From contig JAJPKR010000016.1 of the NCBI GenBank assembly GCA_021323595.1, positions 105,286-169,285 of the forward strand: 64,000 nt of DNA. Reading direction: 5' to 3'. Both the position numbers and the translations under genes were made by a program. The notes below the pieces were generated by a model that was given only the letters and a program-made list of their open reading frames with translations, searched no databases and had not been told where the DNA came from. This document shows positions 37,894 to 45,730 of this stretch, piece by piece (the first letter of the stretch is position 1; every line of letters begins with the position of its first letter). The stretch is from Terriglobia bacterium (lineage in GTDB: Bacteria; Acidobacteriota; Terriglobia; Terriglobales; SCQP01).

Positions 37894-39558
37894 ATGCTCC
37901 TCCACCTTTCCCTGAACTGGCTGGATAAGGTCATCCTCGGCCTGTACTGTCTGTTCGTGCTCGGCATCGGCTGGCGCTTGAAGCGGCAGATGCGCACGAG
38001 CGACGATTTCTTCCTTTCCGGCCGCCGCATTCCGAGCTGGATCACCGGCCTGGCGTTTCTCTCCGCCAACCTGGGCGCGCTGGAGATGATGGGCATGGCG
38101 GCGAGCGGCGCGAAATACGGCATGCTGACCAGCCATTTCTACTGGATCGGCGCCGTGCCGGCGATGATCTTCGTCGCGCTGTTCATGATGCCGTTTTACT
38201 ACGGCAGCAAGGCGCGCTCGGTACCGGAGTACCTGCGCCTGCGCTTCGACGAAAAGACGCGCGCCCTGAACGCCTTCACGTTCGCGATCATGACGGTGCT
38301 GATGAGCGGCATCAGCCTTTACGCGATGGCAATCCTGTTTCGCGATCTCTTGGGCTGGAGCTTCGATCTGAGCATTTGGCTGTCGGCGGGGATCGTCTTG
38401 CTCTATACGGCCAGCGGCGGCCTGACCAGCTCGATCTACAACGAGGTGTTGCAGTTTTTTCTTATCGTCCTCGGCTTCACGCCGCTCACCTGGCTCGGAT
38501 TGCGCGAAGCCGGCGGCTGGCACGGGTTGCAGGGCCGGCTGCTGGCGATGGGCGATCGCGGGTACCTGCATCTGTGGCAAAACATGGCCCACCCCAGCTC
38601 CAATCCGATGGGGGTCGAGTGGTTCGGCTTGGTGATGGGCCTGGGCTTCGTGCTGTCGTTCGGCTACTGGTGCACCGACTTTTTGGTGGTGCAGCGGGCC
38701 ATGGCTGCGGAAGACATGGCGGCGGCGCGCCGCACGCCGCTGATCGCGGCGGTGCCGAAGATGCTGTTTCCCTTCATCGTGATCGTGCCCGGCATTTTGG
38801 CGCTGGCGCTCATTCCGGCGGCGCACTGGCCGCTGCAAAAGGGCGCGATCAATTTCAACGAAGCCTTGCCGCTGATGATCCAGCAGTTTTATCCGGCGGG
38901 CATGCTCGGCCTCGGGCTGACGGCGCTGCTGGCCAGCTTCATGTCGGGCATGGCGGGCAACGTCACCGCTTTCAATTCCGTCTGGACCTACGACATCTAT
39001 CAAAGCTATATCAAGCGCGATGGCAGCGACGCGCATTATCTCGCCGTCGGCCGCTGGACGACGATCATCGGCATCGTGCTTTCGGTCGGGGGCGCCTACC
39101 TGGTGACCCATTTCGACAACCTGATGGATTACATGCAGTTGGTTTTCGGCTTCGTGAATGCGCCGCTGTTCGCCACCTTCCTGCTGGGCATGTTCTGGAA
39201 GCGCTCGACGGGCCACGGCGCGTTTTGGGGCTTGCTCAGCGGCATGTTCGGCGCCGCCGCCCATTATTCGCTCACCGTCGCCGAAGGCAAGGGCGGCTGG
39301 ATCGCCCATCTGCACACGTATTCCAGCAGCATGGCGCAGAATTTTTGGGGCGCCATTTGGGCCTTTGTCGCCTGTTTCGCGGTGACCGTGATGGTCAGCC
39401 TGGCCAGCGCGCCGCGACCGGAGGCGGAATTGGCGGGCCTGGTGCGCAGCCTCACGCCGCGGCTGGAAGAGAAGCACCTGGCCTGGTTTCGCCGGCCCGC
39501 TTATCTCGGCGTCGGCGTGCTGGTGATTCTAGTGGCGCTCAACTGGTATTTCCGCTGA
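37894..39558 (+). CDS. sodium:solute symporter family (SSS/SGLT-type) transporter
   Basis: About 13 TM helices. The N-terminus D.FLSGR.IP.W..G.AF.SANLGA.E..G..A.G..YG is typical of the SSS family. Confidence 0.9.
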   Translation: MLLHLSLNWLDKVILGLYCLFVLGIGWRLKRQMRTSDDFFLSGRRIPSWITGLAFLSANLGALEMMGMAASGAKYGMLTSHFYWIGAVPAMIFVALFMMPFYYGSKARSVPEYLRLRFDEKTRALNAFTFAIMTVLMSGISLYAMAILFRDLLGWSFDLSIWLSAGIVLLYTASGGLTSSIYNEVLQFFLIVLGFTPLTWLGLREAGGWHGLQGRLLAMGDRGYLHLWQNMAHPSSNPMGVEWFGLVMGLGFVLSFGYWCTDFLVVQRAMAAEDMAAARRTPLIAAVPKMLFPFIVIVPGILALALIPAAHWPLQKGAINFNEALPLMIQQFYPAGMLGLGLTALLASFMSGMAGNVTAFNSVWTYDIYQSYIKRDGSDAHYLAVGRWTTIIGIVLSVGGAYLVTHFDNLMDYMQLVFGFVNAPLFATFLLGMFWKRSTGHGAFWGLLSGMFGAAAHYSLTVAEGKGGWIAHLHTYSSSMAQNFWGAIWAFVACFAVTVMVSLASAPRPEAELAGLVRSLTPRLEEKHLAWFRRPAYLGVGVLVILVALNWYFR

Positions 39559-39624
39559 GGCCGGCGGCGACGCGAGCCGGCGGTTTCATGAAACCGCTTG
39601 TACAATTCTCCTGAGCGCTCCTCC

Positions 39625-39885
39625 ATGGATCTTCGCACCCCCATCGGCTGGCTCTTCACCGTGGTCGGCGTGCTGCTGACCGCCTTCGGCTGGCTGCATC
39701 GCACCGCCGCCTTCATGCCGACCGGCATCGATATCGATCTGGTCTGGGGCGTGGTCCTGCTCGTCTTCGGCCTCTTCATGCTGGGCCTGGCCTGGCGCGC
39801 GCGCAAGAGGCGGGAGCGCGGCCCCGCGCCGGCGGCGGCGAATGCCGCGGCGGCCTCGCACGAGCGGCAAGCGGCTTCGCGCTGA
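39625..39885 (+). CDS. small two-TM membrane protein downstream of the SSS transporter
   Basis: Two hydrophobic helices (IGWLFTVVGVLLTAFGWL, LVWGVVLLVFGLFMLGLAW) and a basic tail. The start is ambiguous between 39598 and 39625. Confidence 0.55.
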   Translation: MDLRTPIGWLFTVVGVLLTAFGWLHRTAAFMPTGIDIDLVWGVVLLVFGLFMLGLAWRARKRRERGPAPAAANAAAASHERQAASR

Positions 39886-39976
39886 ACGCCCGCGCGTGGG
39901 GCGGATGACGCGGGAAAGAACGCACAGCCGGCGGCCGGCGCGACTTCCGATCCCGCCGCACAGCGTTAGGCGGCGC

Positions 39977-40858
39977 TTAATGAGCAGCCTTCAGGGCGAG
40001 AATTTTGGTCGCGGGGTCAAGGCCGAAACGGCCGTCGCCAAATAACCGATAGGGATGGCCTTGCGGGTCGAGCGGCACTCCCGGCAACAAGCCGGCGCGC
40101 TCGAGGTCGCGCCAGGCTTGCGGCCAAACGCCGGTGCGCTGATGGTAGGCCTGCGCGAGACTCCCGAGCTTCGCCAGGTCATCCTCGACTTTGAACGCCT
40201 GCAAGTGATCGAGCGCATTCTCGCGCAATTGCGGGTTGGGCGCATCGCGGTACATCTCCGTCCAAAGCACCCGCGCCAGCTGCCGCTCGTTGACATCGGC
40301 GAAATAGTCGGCCGCCAGCACCGCCAGCGCCGGGTTCGCGTGCGGCACCTTCGATCCCGCGTAGAACGTCTCGGCGGCGGCCTTGGGGTCGTGCATGTTC
40401 AAGGCTTCCACGAAGCCCAAGTTGAAATACAAATGCCAATCGTCGGGATGATCGTGGATGGCCTTGCGCAGCAGCGCGACCGCCGCTTGGGGCTGCCCGG
40501 CGGCTTCCGGCGGATCGTCGGCCAAAAAGAAGGCTCCATATTGCGCCGCCGCGATCAAGTTGGGGTCGAGATCGTAAGCCAAGTTCAGCAGCGGCGCCAG
40601 CTTGGGATAATCCCAGCTCTGCGCCATGCGGCGCTGGCCGAAATACTGGATGGCATCGGTCCAGTAGATATCCGCCGCCAGGCCGTTGTAGCCGAGGAAC
40701 AGGCTTTGCGCCAGCGCGCGGGACGGCACCGAGGGCCCGCTGTCGCGCATTTGCGGGGTGAGCGGCGCGATCGCCCGCTGCAATCCCGCGCCCGCACTCA
40801 ACAGAACGATCGCGAGCGCGGCCGCCATGCCTATCGCCTTGGGGTTCGGTTTTCTCAT
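39977..40858 (-). CDS. secreted/anchored helical-repeat (TPR-like) protein of unknown function
   Basis: N-terminal signal/anchor MRKPNPKAIGMAAALAIVLLSAGAG, then Trp/Tyr-rich helical repeats. It is the last gene of the ABC-2 transporter operon. Confidence 0.6.
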   Translation of the reverse strand: MRKPNPKAIGMAAALAIVLLSAGAGLQRAIAPLTPQMRDSGPSVPSRALAQSLFLGYNGLAADIYWTDAIQYFGQRRMAQSWDYPKLAPLLNLAYDLDPNLIAAAQYGAFFLADDPPEAAGQPQAAVALLRKAIHDHPDDWHLYFNLGFVEALNMHDPKAAAETFYAGSKVPHANPALAVLAADYFADVNERQLARVLWTEMYRDAPNPQLRENALDHLQAFKVEDDLAKLGSLAQAYHQRTGVWPQAWRDLERAGLLPGVPLDPQGHPYRLFGDGRFGLDPATKILALKAAH

Positions 40859-40914
40859 GCCGCAAGCGCTTCCTCGAAATACAAACTGCGTTCAGTGGGG
40901 GCCGCTTTTGCCGT

Positions 40915-41703
40915 CTACTTCAAATCCTTGTTCTCGAAGATCGCCCCGGCGATCGCCAGCGCTACGCCGCAATAGACCAAGGCATAAAGCGTGTTCAGGC
41001 CGATCAGCCGCCAGCCGATCGGCATGAAATGGGAAGCGGCCGTGGCGACGTTGAAGTCGCCGAAGTTCGGCAACACATAAGAGATCCAAATCGCCAGGTG
41101 CCCGCCCAGCCATTGCCGGGAGCTTTCGCCGAGCGCGCGCAGATTGTCGTCGAAGTTGCCGATCACGAACAGCGCCAAGGTGAAGACCGCCGCCAGCACC
41201 GGCGAGGCGAAGCAGGAGAACAACAGCGCGATGGCGGTCAGAACCGCCAAGGCGAGCAGGATGAAATAGAGGGCTGCCAGCAGCGACCATTCCCCGGCGG
41301 CGACATGCGCGGGCAAGACATAGAGCAAGGCGAGAAAGAGCGCCACGCCCATCAAGCCGCAATTGACCACCAAGGTCCAAACCAACCCGGCGAACTTCCC
41401 GAGCAAGAAGTGGGTGCGCCGCACCGGATGCGCCAGCAGCGTGTAGAGCGTCCGGCGCTCGATTTCCTTCGAGACCAACTGGTTGCCCAGGAACACCGCG
41501 ATGATCACGCCCAGCAGGGTGATCGCCGCGAGGCTGAAATTAATCAGCGAGTCGGCGCTGATCCCGAACGACATTTGGGAGAACAAGACCGCGGCGCCGA
41601 CCATCAGCACGGCAAAAAACAGCAGGCTGAAAAGAATGCGGTCGCGGATCGCCTCGCGATAGGCGTTGCGGCTGACCGAGAGAATGGCGCCGGCTGCCGG
41701 CAT
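40915..41703 (-). CDS. ABC-2 type transporter permease (NosY/COG1277-like)
   Basis: Six predicted TM helices. The N-terminus REAIRDRILFSLLFFAVLMV is typical of this family. Start at MPAAGAIL, 2 nt after the ATPase stop. The upstream part of the track ORF is rejected. Confidence 0.85.
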   Translation of the reverse strand: MPAAGAILSVSRNAYREAIRDRILFSLLFFAVLMVGAAVLFSQMSFGISADSLINFSLAAITLLGVIIAVFLGNQLVSKEIERRTLYTLLAHPVRRTHFLLGKFAGLVWTLVVNCGLMGVALFLALLYVLPAHVAAGEWSLLAALYFILLALAVLTAIALLFSCFASPVLAAVFTLALFVIGNFDDNLRALGESSRQWLGGHLAIWISYVLPNFGDFNVATAASHFMPIGWRLIGLNTLYALVYCGVALAIAGAIFENKDLK

Positions 41704-41705
41704 CG

Positions 41706-42620
41706 TCAATTCCCCTGTCCCGCGCCGCGGCCGGCCGCGCGCTCCGCCGGCTCCGCCCGAAAAAGATCTTCCAAGCGCCGGCGGGCCGGGTTGACGGAAA
41801 CAATTTGAGCCTGTTTGGCTCGAAGCGCCTCGAGCCTGGACCAAAGCTCGGCGGCAGCAATCGTTTCGCGGCGCACGAGTCCGAGGCCGCCGCCCGCCCG
41901 CTCGCGAAAGACGATCTCGATCTCGCTTTCTTCCCTGCCCGCGACCGCATCGAGCGGCCCCGCGAACGCAAGCCGGCCGCGCTTCAAGATGGCGACGCGG
42001 TCGCAGATCTGCTCGGCGTCGCTCAAGATGTGGGTGGAAAACAGCACGGTGGCGCCTTGCTGCCGCAGCTCCAAGATCAGATCGCGCACTTCGGCGCGGC
42101 CCGCGGGATCGAGCCCGCTCATCGGCTCGTCGAGAATCGCCAGCTGGGGGCGGTGCACGATGGCCTGCGCCAGGCCGACGCGCTGCACCATGCCTTTGGA
42201 GCACTTGCGCAGCGGCTGCTCCATCGCCTCCGCCATTCCCACGCGCGCAAGCGCCTCTTGGGCGCGCGCGCGGCGCTCGCCCGCCGGCACACCCGCCAAC
42301 TCGGCGTAGTACTCGACCAGCTCCCGGCACTTCAGGTAATCATAGAAATACGGATTTTCCGGCAGATAGCCGATGCGCGCCGCCAGATCCGGCGCGCCCA
42401 GCGGCCGGCCCAGGATGCGAGCCGTTCCGCTCGTCGGAAAGATCAGCCGCAGAAGCAGTTTGATGGTCGTCGTCTTGCCGGCGCCGTTGTGGCCGAGCAG
42501 GCCGAAGATCTCGCCTTCGGCAACCTCCAGCTCGAGCGCGTCCAGCGCCCGCACCGGCCGCTTACGCCAAAAGCCGACGTGGAAATCCTTGGTGAGCCCT
42601 TGGCACTCGATCGCAACCAT
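41706..42620 (-). CDS. ABC transporter ATP-binding protein
   Basis: Walker A GHNGAGKTT, signature CSKGMVQRVGLAQA, Walker B LAILDEP. Confidence 0.95.
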   Translation of the reverse strand: MVAIECQGLTKDFHVGFWRKRPVRALDALELEVAEGEIFGLLGHNGAGKTTTIKLLLRLIFPTSGTARILGRPLGAPDLAARIGYLPENPYFYDYLKCRELVEYYAELAGVPAGERRARAQEALARVGMAEAMEQPLRKCSKGMVQRVGLAQAIVHRPQLAILDEPMSGLDPAGRAEVRDLILELRQQGATVLFSTHILSDAEQICDRVAILKRGRLAFAGPLDAVAGREESEIEIVFRERAGGGLGLVRRETIAAAELWSRLEALRAKQAQIVSVNPARRRLEDLFRAEPAERAAGRGAGQGN

Positions 42621-42621
42621 T

Positions 42622-42658
42622 GCAATCTGTACAGCGCAATCTGTCTATCGCAATCTGC
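42622..42658. repeat. three direct copies of GCAATCTG(T/C) immediately upstream of the ABC ATPase start codon
   Basis: The copies lie at 42622..42630, 42635..42643 and 42650..42658 (plus-strand spelling), 13 and 15 nt apart start to start. A TATACT -10-like hexamer lies just upstream on the minus strand. Confidence 0.8.
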
Positions 42659-42763
42659 TTTCAGTATAGGCGGGCGAGAGCGGCGAGGCTTCGCTCCCAA
42701 GGACAGGTGCCAGCGGCGGCAACCACGAGCCCTTCCGAGCGAGGCGCTCGGAACGGCGGCGGC

Positions 42764-43246
42764 TCAGGAGCCGAGCGCGGGGTCGGCCGCGGTGGCGGGA
42801 GCGCCGACCTTGTAATGGATGATGCCGCTCGAGTCGGTGAAGAAATGGCGAACGCCGGTGACATTCTGAATCGCGGCATCGGCGTTGAGAGCATACGATG
42901 CGATGGGCGCGCCGCCGCCGGGAGTGTACGTGAACGTGTATCCGCTTTTCGTGGGCTTGGCCTGGGCCAGCGATTCATCCAAGAGAAGCGCCGCGTTGCT
43001 GGTGGGCGTGACGCCGGCGCCGCCAAGCACGATGAGCGAGGCGCTGAAGCCGATGCCGGGGTACTGGGCAATGTACGCGGTTTCGGCGCTGTCGATCGAG
43101 CGCATGTTCGAGACCGTGGCGGCTTCGTTCGCCACCATCTTGACCGCGATCAGCTTGGGAATCGCGATCGCCGCCAAGATCAAAATGATCGTCACGACGA
43201 TCAGCAGCTCAATCAAGCTGAAACCAGCTTGGGAGGCGTGGCGCAT
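42764..43246 (-). CDS. type IV pilin-like protein (prepilin-type N-terminal cleavage/methylation domain), paralogue 1
   Basis: Class III signal ..SQAG/FSLIELLIVVTIILILAAIAIPKL (Gly-1, Phe+1, Glu+5). C-terminal motif RHFFTDSSGIIHY. An alternative GTG start exists at 43264. Confidence 0.85.
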   Translation of the reverse strand: MRHASQAGFSLIELLIVVTIILILAAIAIPKLIAVKMVANEAATVSNMRSIDSAETAYIAQYPGIGFSASLIVLGGAGVTPTSNAALLLDESLAQAKPTKSGYTFTYTPGGGAPIASYALNADAAIQNVTGVRHFFTDSSGIIHYKVGAPATAADPALGS

Positions 43247-43400
43247 CGACCCTGTGCGCTGCACTTGATCTGCCGAAATTCGCGCTTGAAATTAAAGAAC
43301 TTATGGCGACAGGCGGAGGCCGATTCTGGCCATTCCACGGCCGCGGCGACGCCGATTGTCACCACGCGGGCAATCCGGTTTTTGAATCATTACGACTATA

Positions 43401-43715
43401 ATGATGTCCATGGCGAGCGTGATTACCATCAATCGTCCCGACGTGGTCGCGCTGATCGAGGAGGCGGCCGCCAAGCTCACGGGCGGCAACAAGACCGAAG
43501 CCGTGGCCCAGGCGATGCGGAGTCTGCTCCAGAACCAAGAGCGCAAGGGCTCGTTGTTCGGCCGCCATCGCGGCTCGGTGCGCTGGGCCGCCGGCGCGGA
43601 TCCACTGGCGCCGGCGCTAGACGTGATCCCCGACGCCGAAACGGGCCGCGAGCTCGAACATGGCACGCCTTCTGCTCGATACGCACATCGCCCTGTGGCT
43701 CGACAGCGGCGATGA
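43401..43715 (+). CDS. vapB: type II antitoxin, VapB-like (Rv0623/PSK-operon transcription-factor-like)
   Basis: The N-terminus ..SVITINRPDVVALIEEAAAKLTGGNKTEAVAQAMRSLL is typical of this antitoxin family, and it lies upstream of a PIN toxin. A TATAAT at 43397..43402 suggests a leaderless start at ATG 43410. The 3' end overlaps vapC by 56 nt. Confidence 0.7.
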   Translation: MMSMASVITINRPDVVALIEEAAAKLTGGNKTEAVAQAMRSLLQNQERKGSLFGRHRGSVRWAAGADPLAPALDVIPDAETGRELEHGTPSARYAHRPVARQRR

Positions 43716-44085
43716 GCGCCTGCAGCCTACGACCCGCAGCCTGCTGGATAGGTGCTGGCAGGAGGGCGGCCAGCTCTTGCTGAGCGCCGTTGCGGCGTGG
43801 GAGATCGCCTTGCTGGTCTTCCGCGGCCGCATTGCGGTCGATAACTCCGCGGCGGCATGGGTTGAAAGCTTCTTGGATCGGGCGGGCTTGGCCGCCGCGC
43901 CGCTTTCGCCATGGGCCGCGGCGCGGGCCTACGATTTAGCGGGTTTCGAGTCGCGCGATCCAGCCGATCGCCTGCTCATCGCCACCGCGATTGAACTGGG
44001 CTGTCCCCTGGTGACCTACGACGAGCGCATGGCCCGCTTCGCCGCCAAATACGGCCGCCGCGCCGGCTTCGCCGTTGCCCGATAG
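43660..44085 (+). CDS. vapC: PIN-domain ribonuclease toxin VapC
   Basis: MARLLLDTHIALWL (first acidic PIN residue) and ...DPADRLLIATAIELGCPLVTYDE (the conserved DxxDR..A.A and final D motifs). Confidence 0.85.
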   Translation: MARLLLDTHIALWLDSGDERLQPTTRSLLDRCWQEGGQLLLSAVAAWEIALLVFRGRIAVDNSAAAWVESFLDRAGLAAAPLSPWAAARAYDLAGFESRDPADRLLIATAIELGCPLVTYDERMARFAAKYGRRAGFAVAR

Positions 44086-44088
44086 GAC

Positions 44089-44120
44089 AAAAAAAAGCGG
44101 CGGGCAAAGCGCCCGCCGCT
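44089..44120 (-). terminator. rho-independent terminator of pilin paralogue 2
   Basis: Read on the minus strand: AGCGGCGGGC-GCTTT-GCCCGCCGCT (10-bp stem) followed by T8. It lies 22 nt after the pilin stop. Confidence 0.8.
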
Positions 44121-44141
44121 GAATCGACGAAGTGGACAATC

Positions 44142-44636
44142 CTATTGACCGATAACGGGCGAAGACGCCTTCGCCGCGCCGCCGTCGGCGTAGCGGATGA
44201 TGTCGGTGTTGTCGGTGAAGAAGTGGCGGTTGCTCGTCGCAGCCGACACCGGATCAACGTTCAGCGTGAACGCCTGGCTGGGCACGACACCGTCATCCAC
44301 GTAGGTGAAGATGTAGCCCTGATAGCCGGGCGCGGCCGTGGCCGTCGCCAGCGAGTTATCAACCAGGCAGGCGTTGGCGAGAGCCGGCGTGCAGGGATCC
44401 GCGCCGCCAAGCGCGGCCATCGTAGCCGGATAGCCCTGGCTGGTGTACTGCGACTGATACGCCGTCAGCGCGTTCAACAGCGACTTGGTGTTGGCGACGG
44501 CGGCGGTGGAATTGGCTTGCTGCTTCACGGTCAGCAGCTTCGGAATGGCGATGGCGGCGAGGATCAGGATGATCGTCACCACAATCAGCAGTTCGATCAA
44601 CGAAAAGCCTTGCGAGCGCTTCTTGCGATTCATCAT
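44142..44636 (-). CDS. type IV pilin-like protein (prepilin-type N-terminal cleavage/methylation domain), paralogue 2
   Basis: ..RSQG/FSLIELLIVVTIILILAAIAIPKL, C-terminal RHFFTDNTDIIRY, and an AGGAG Shine-Dalgarno 8 nt upstream of the ATG. Confidence 0.85.
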   Translation of the reverse strand: MMNRKKRSQGFSLIELLIVVTIILILAAIAIPKLLTVKQQANSTAAVANTKSLLNALTAYQSQYTSQGYPATMAALGGADPCTPALANACLVDNSLATATAAPGYQGYIFTYVDDGVVPSQAFTLNVDPVSAATSNRHFFTDNTDIIRYADGGAAKASSPVIGQ

Positions 44637-44699
44637 CTGTGCAATCTCCTTGGTGCCCTCGTCGGCATGCGATCCGATGTCGGGTCTCGCGCTCTACCC

Positions 44700-44715
44700 T
44701 GCAATCAGACCGCCG
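44700..44715 (-). promoter_or_regulatory. candidate sigma-54 (-24/-12) promoter for pilin paralogue 2
   Basis: The minus strand reads CGGCGG-TCTGA-TTGCA against the consensus TGGCAC-N5-TTGCA. The GG/GC spacing is correct and the -12 element is perfect. It lies about 65 nt upstream of the ATG. Confidence 0.35.
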
Positions 44716-44918
44716 ATCACGCGCGCTTGCGGCCCTCATCCGGCGAGGCCAGGTCCGGGACGCTGTTTTCAGTACTTTACCAAATCGCGCCCTGGCCGCG
44801 CGACCAGGTGCAGCGCCGGCTAGCGCGGCGCGCGAACGCCGTCGCGCGTCGCCATTGGACCAAAAGCGTCAACACACGTGACAAGAAAGCGCCGCGGGCC
44901 GGCGCCGCCCTTCTTAGT

Positions 44919-44942
44919 GGCAGGCAGGAATGCCTGCCCACG
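44919..44942. repeat. palindromic intergenic repeat, copy 1 (GGCAGGCAGGAATGCCTGCCCAC)
   Basis: 8-bp stem GGCAGGCA/TGCCTGCC with a GGAA loop. A near-identical copy lies at 57323..57347, and a partial copy (AAATGCCTGCCC) at about 44968..44979. Confidence 0.8.
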
Positions 44943-45192
44943 GAGCCGCGCCCAGGTCCATCGGCTGCTGGCGCAGAAATGCCTGCCCTGCGGACGGAGT
45001 GACAGGCCCCTTGGTCGCCGACGGGCGGAATTGACGCCTGCCTTGGCGGCGGCTACGCTCCTGCGATCGAAATCGCGCCCGAAGGCGCTCTCGCGTCGCC
45101 GCTCTTCCCCGGCCTGCGCGTGCCGCTCTTTGGCGATCCCCGCCGCCCCTAAGAATGGAGAAGCACGCCTGCCGGACGCCGGCGCCGGCGCG

Positions 45193-45636
45193 TCATATTT
45201 TCTTAAGCTCTTCCAGAAATTCGCGCGGATCCTGAAAGTCGCGATAGACGCTGGCGAAGCGCACGAAGGCGACTTTATCGAGCTGCTGCAAGCGCTTCAT
45301 GATCAGCTCCCCGATCTGGCTGGTTTGCACCTCGCGATCGGGCGAATCCACGACCAGGGCTTCCGCTTCGTTCACGATCGCCTCGAGTTTGCCCATCGAC
45401 ACCGGCCGCTTCTCGCAGGCATGCAGCAATCCGTTCAGCACCTTTTGGCGGTCGAATTTTTCGCGCCGCCCATCCTTCTTCACCACCATGTAGGGAATCT
45501 CGTCAATGCGCTCGTAGGTCGTGAAGCGCTTGGCGCAGGACAGGCATTCCCGCCGACGGCGGATGGCCTCGCCTTCCTTGCTTTCGCGCGAATCCACCAC
45601 CTTGTCCTCGGGGTGGCCGCAAAAGGGGCATTTCAT
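45193..45636 (-). CDS. nrdR: transcriptional repressor NrdR
   Basis: MKCPFCGHPEDKVVDSR...CLSCAKRFTTYE zinc ribbon plus an ATP-cone. Confidence 0.95.
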   Translation of the reverse strand: MKCPFCGHPEDKVVDSRESKEGEAIRRRRECLSCAKRFTTYERIDEIPYMVVKKDGRREKFDRQKVLNGLLHACEKRPVSMGKLEAIVNEAEALVVDSPDREVQTSQIGELIMKRLQQLDKVAFVRFASVYRDFQDPREFLEELKKI

Positions 45637-45730
45637 AGATGTTTACTGCCAAGTATAGAGCCGGGAGTACGGAAAACGGCGAACGGGACCTGCCTCACGC
45701 CGCCAGGCGGGAATGCCGGCCCCGAACGCG

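Noticed and set aside
36385-39477. 1030-aa ORF on the minus strand, the longest in the track.
   Set aside because: It is antisense to glyA and the SSS transporter, both unmistakable on the plus strand. The translation is Arg/Ala/Gly/His-rich low complexity, as expected for shadow ORFs in high-GC DNA.
42622-42658. Mini-CRISPR or tandem-repeat array.
   Set aside because: The repeats are only 9 nt long with 4-6-nt spacers, and there are just three copies. This is an operator- or leader-type repeat, not a CRISPR. No CRISPR-like array was seen anywhere in the window.
43260-43275. Sigma-54 promoter for pilin paralogue 1 as an independent feature.
   Set aside because: The GG/GC spacing fits (CGGCAG-N5-GTGCA), but the motif lies only ~14 nt from the preferred ATG and overlaps the alternative GTG start, leaving essentially no leader. 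It is mentioned only as a weak parallel to the better motif at 44700..44715.
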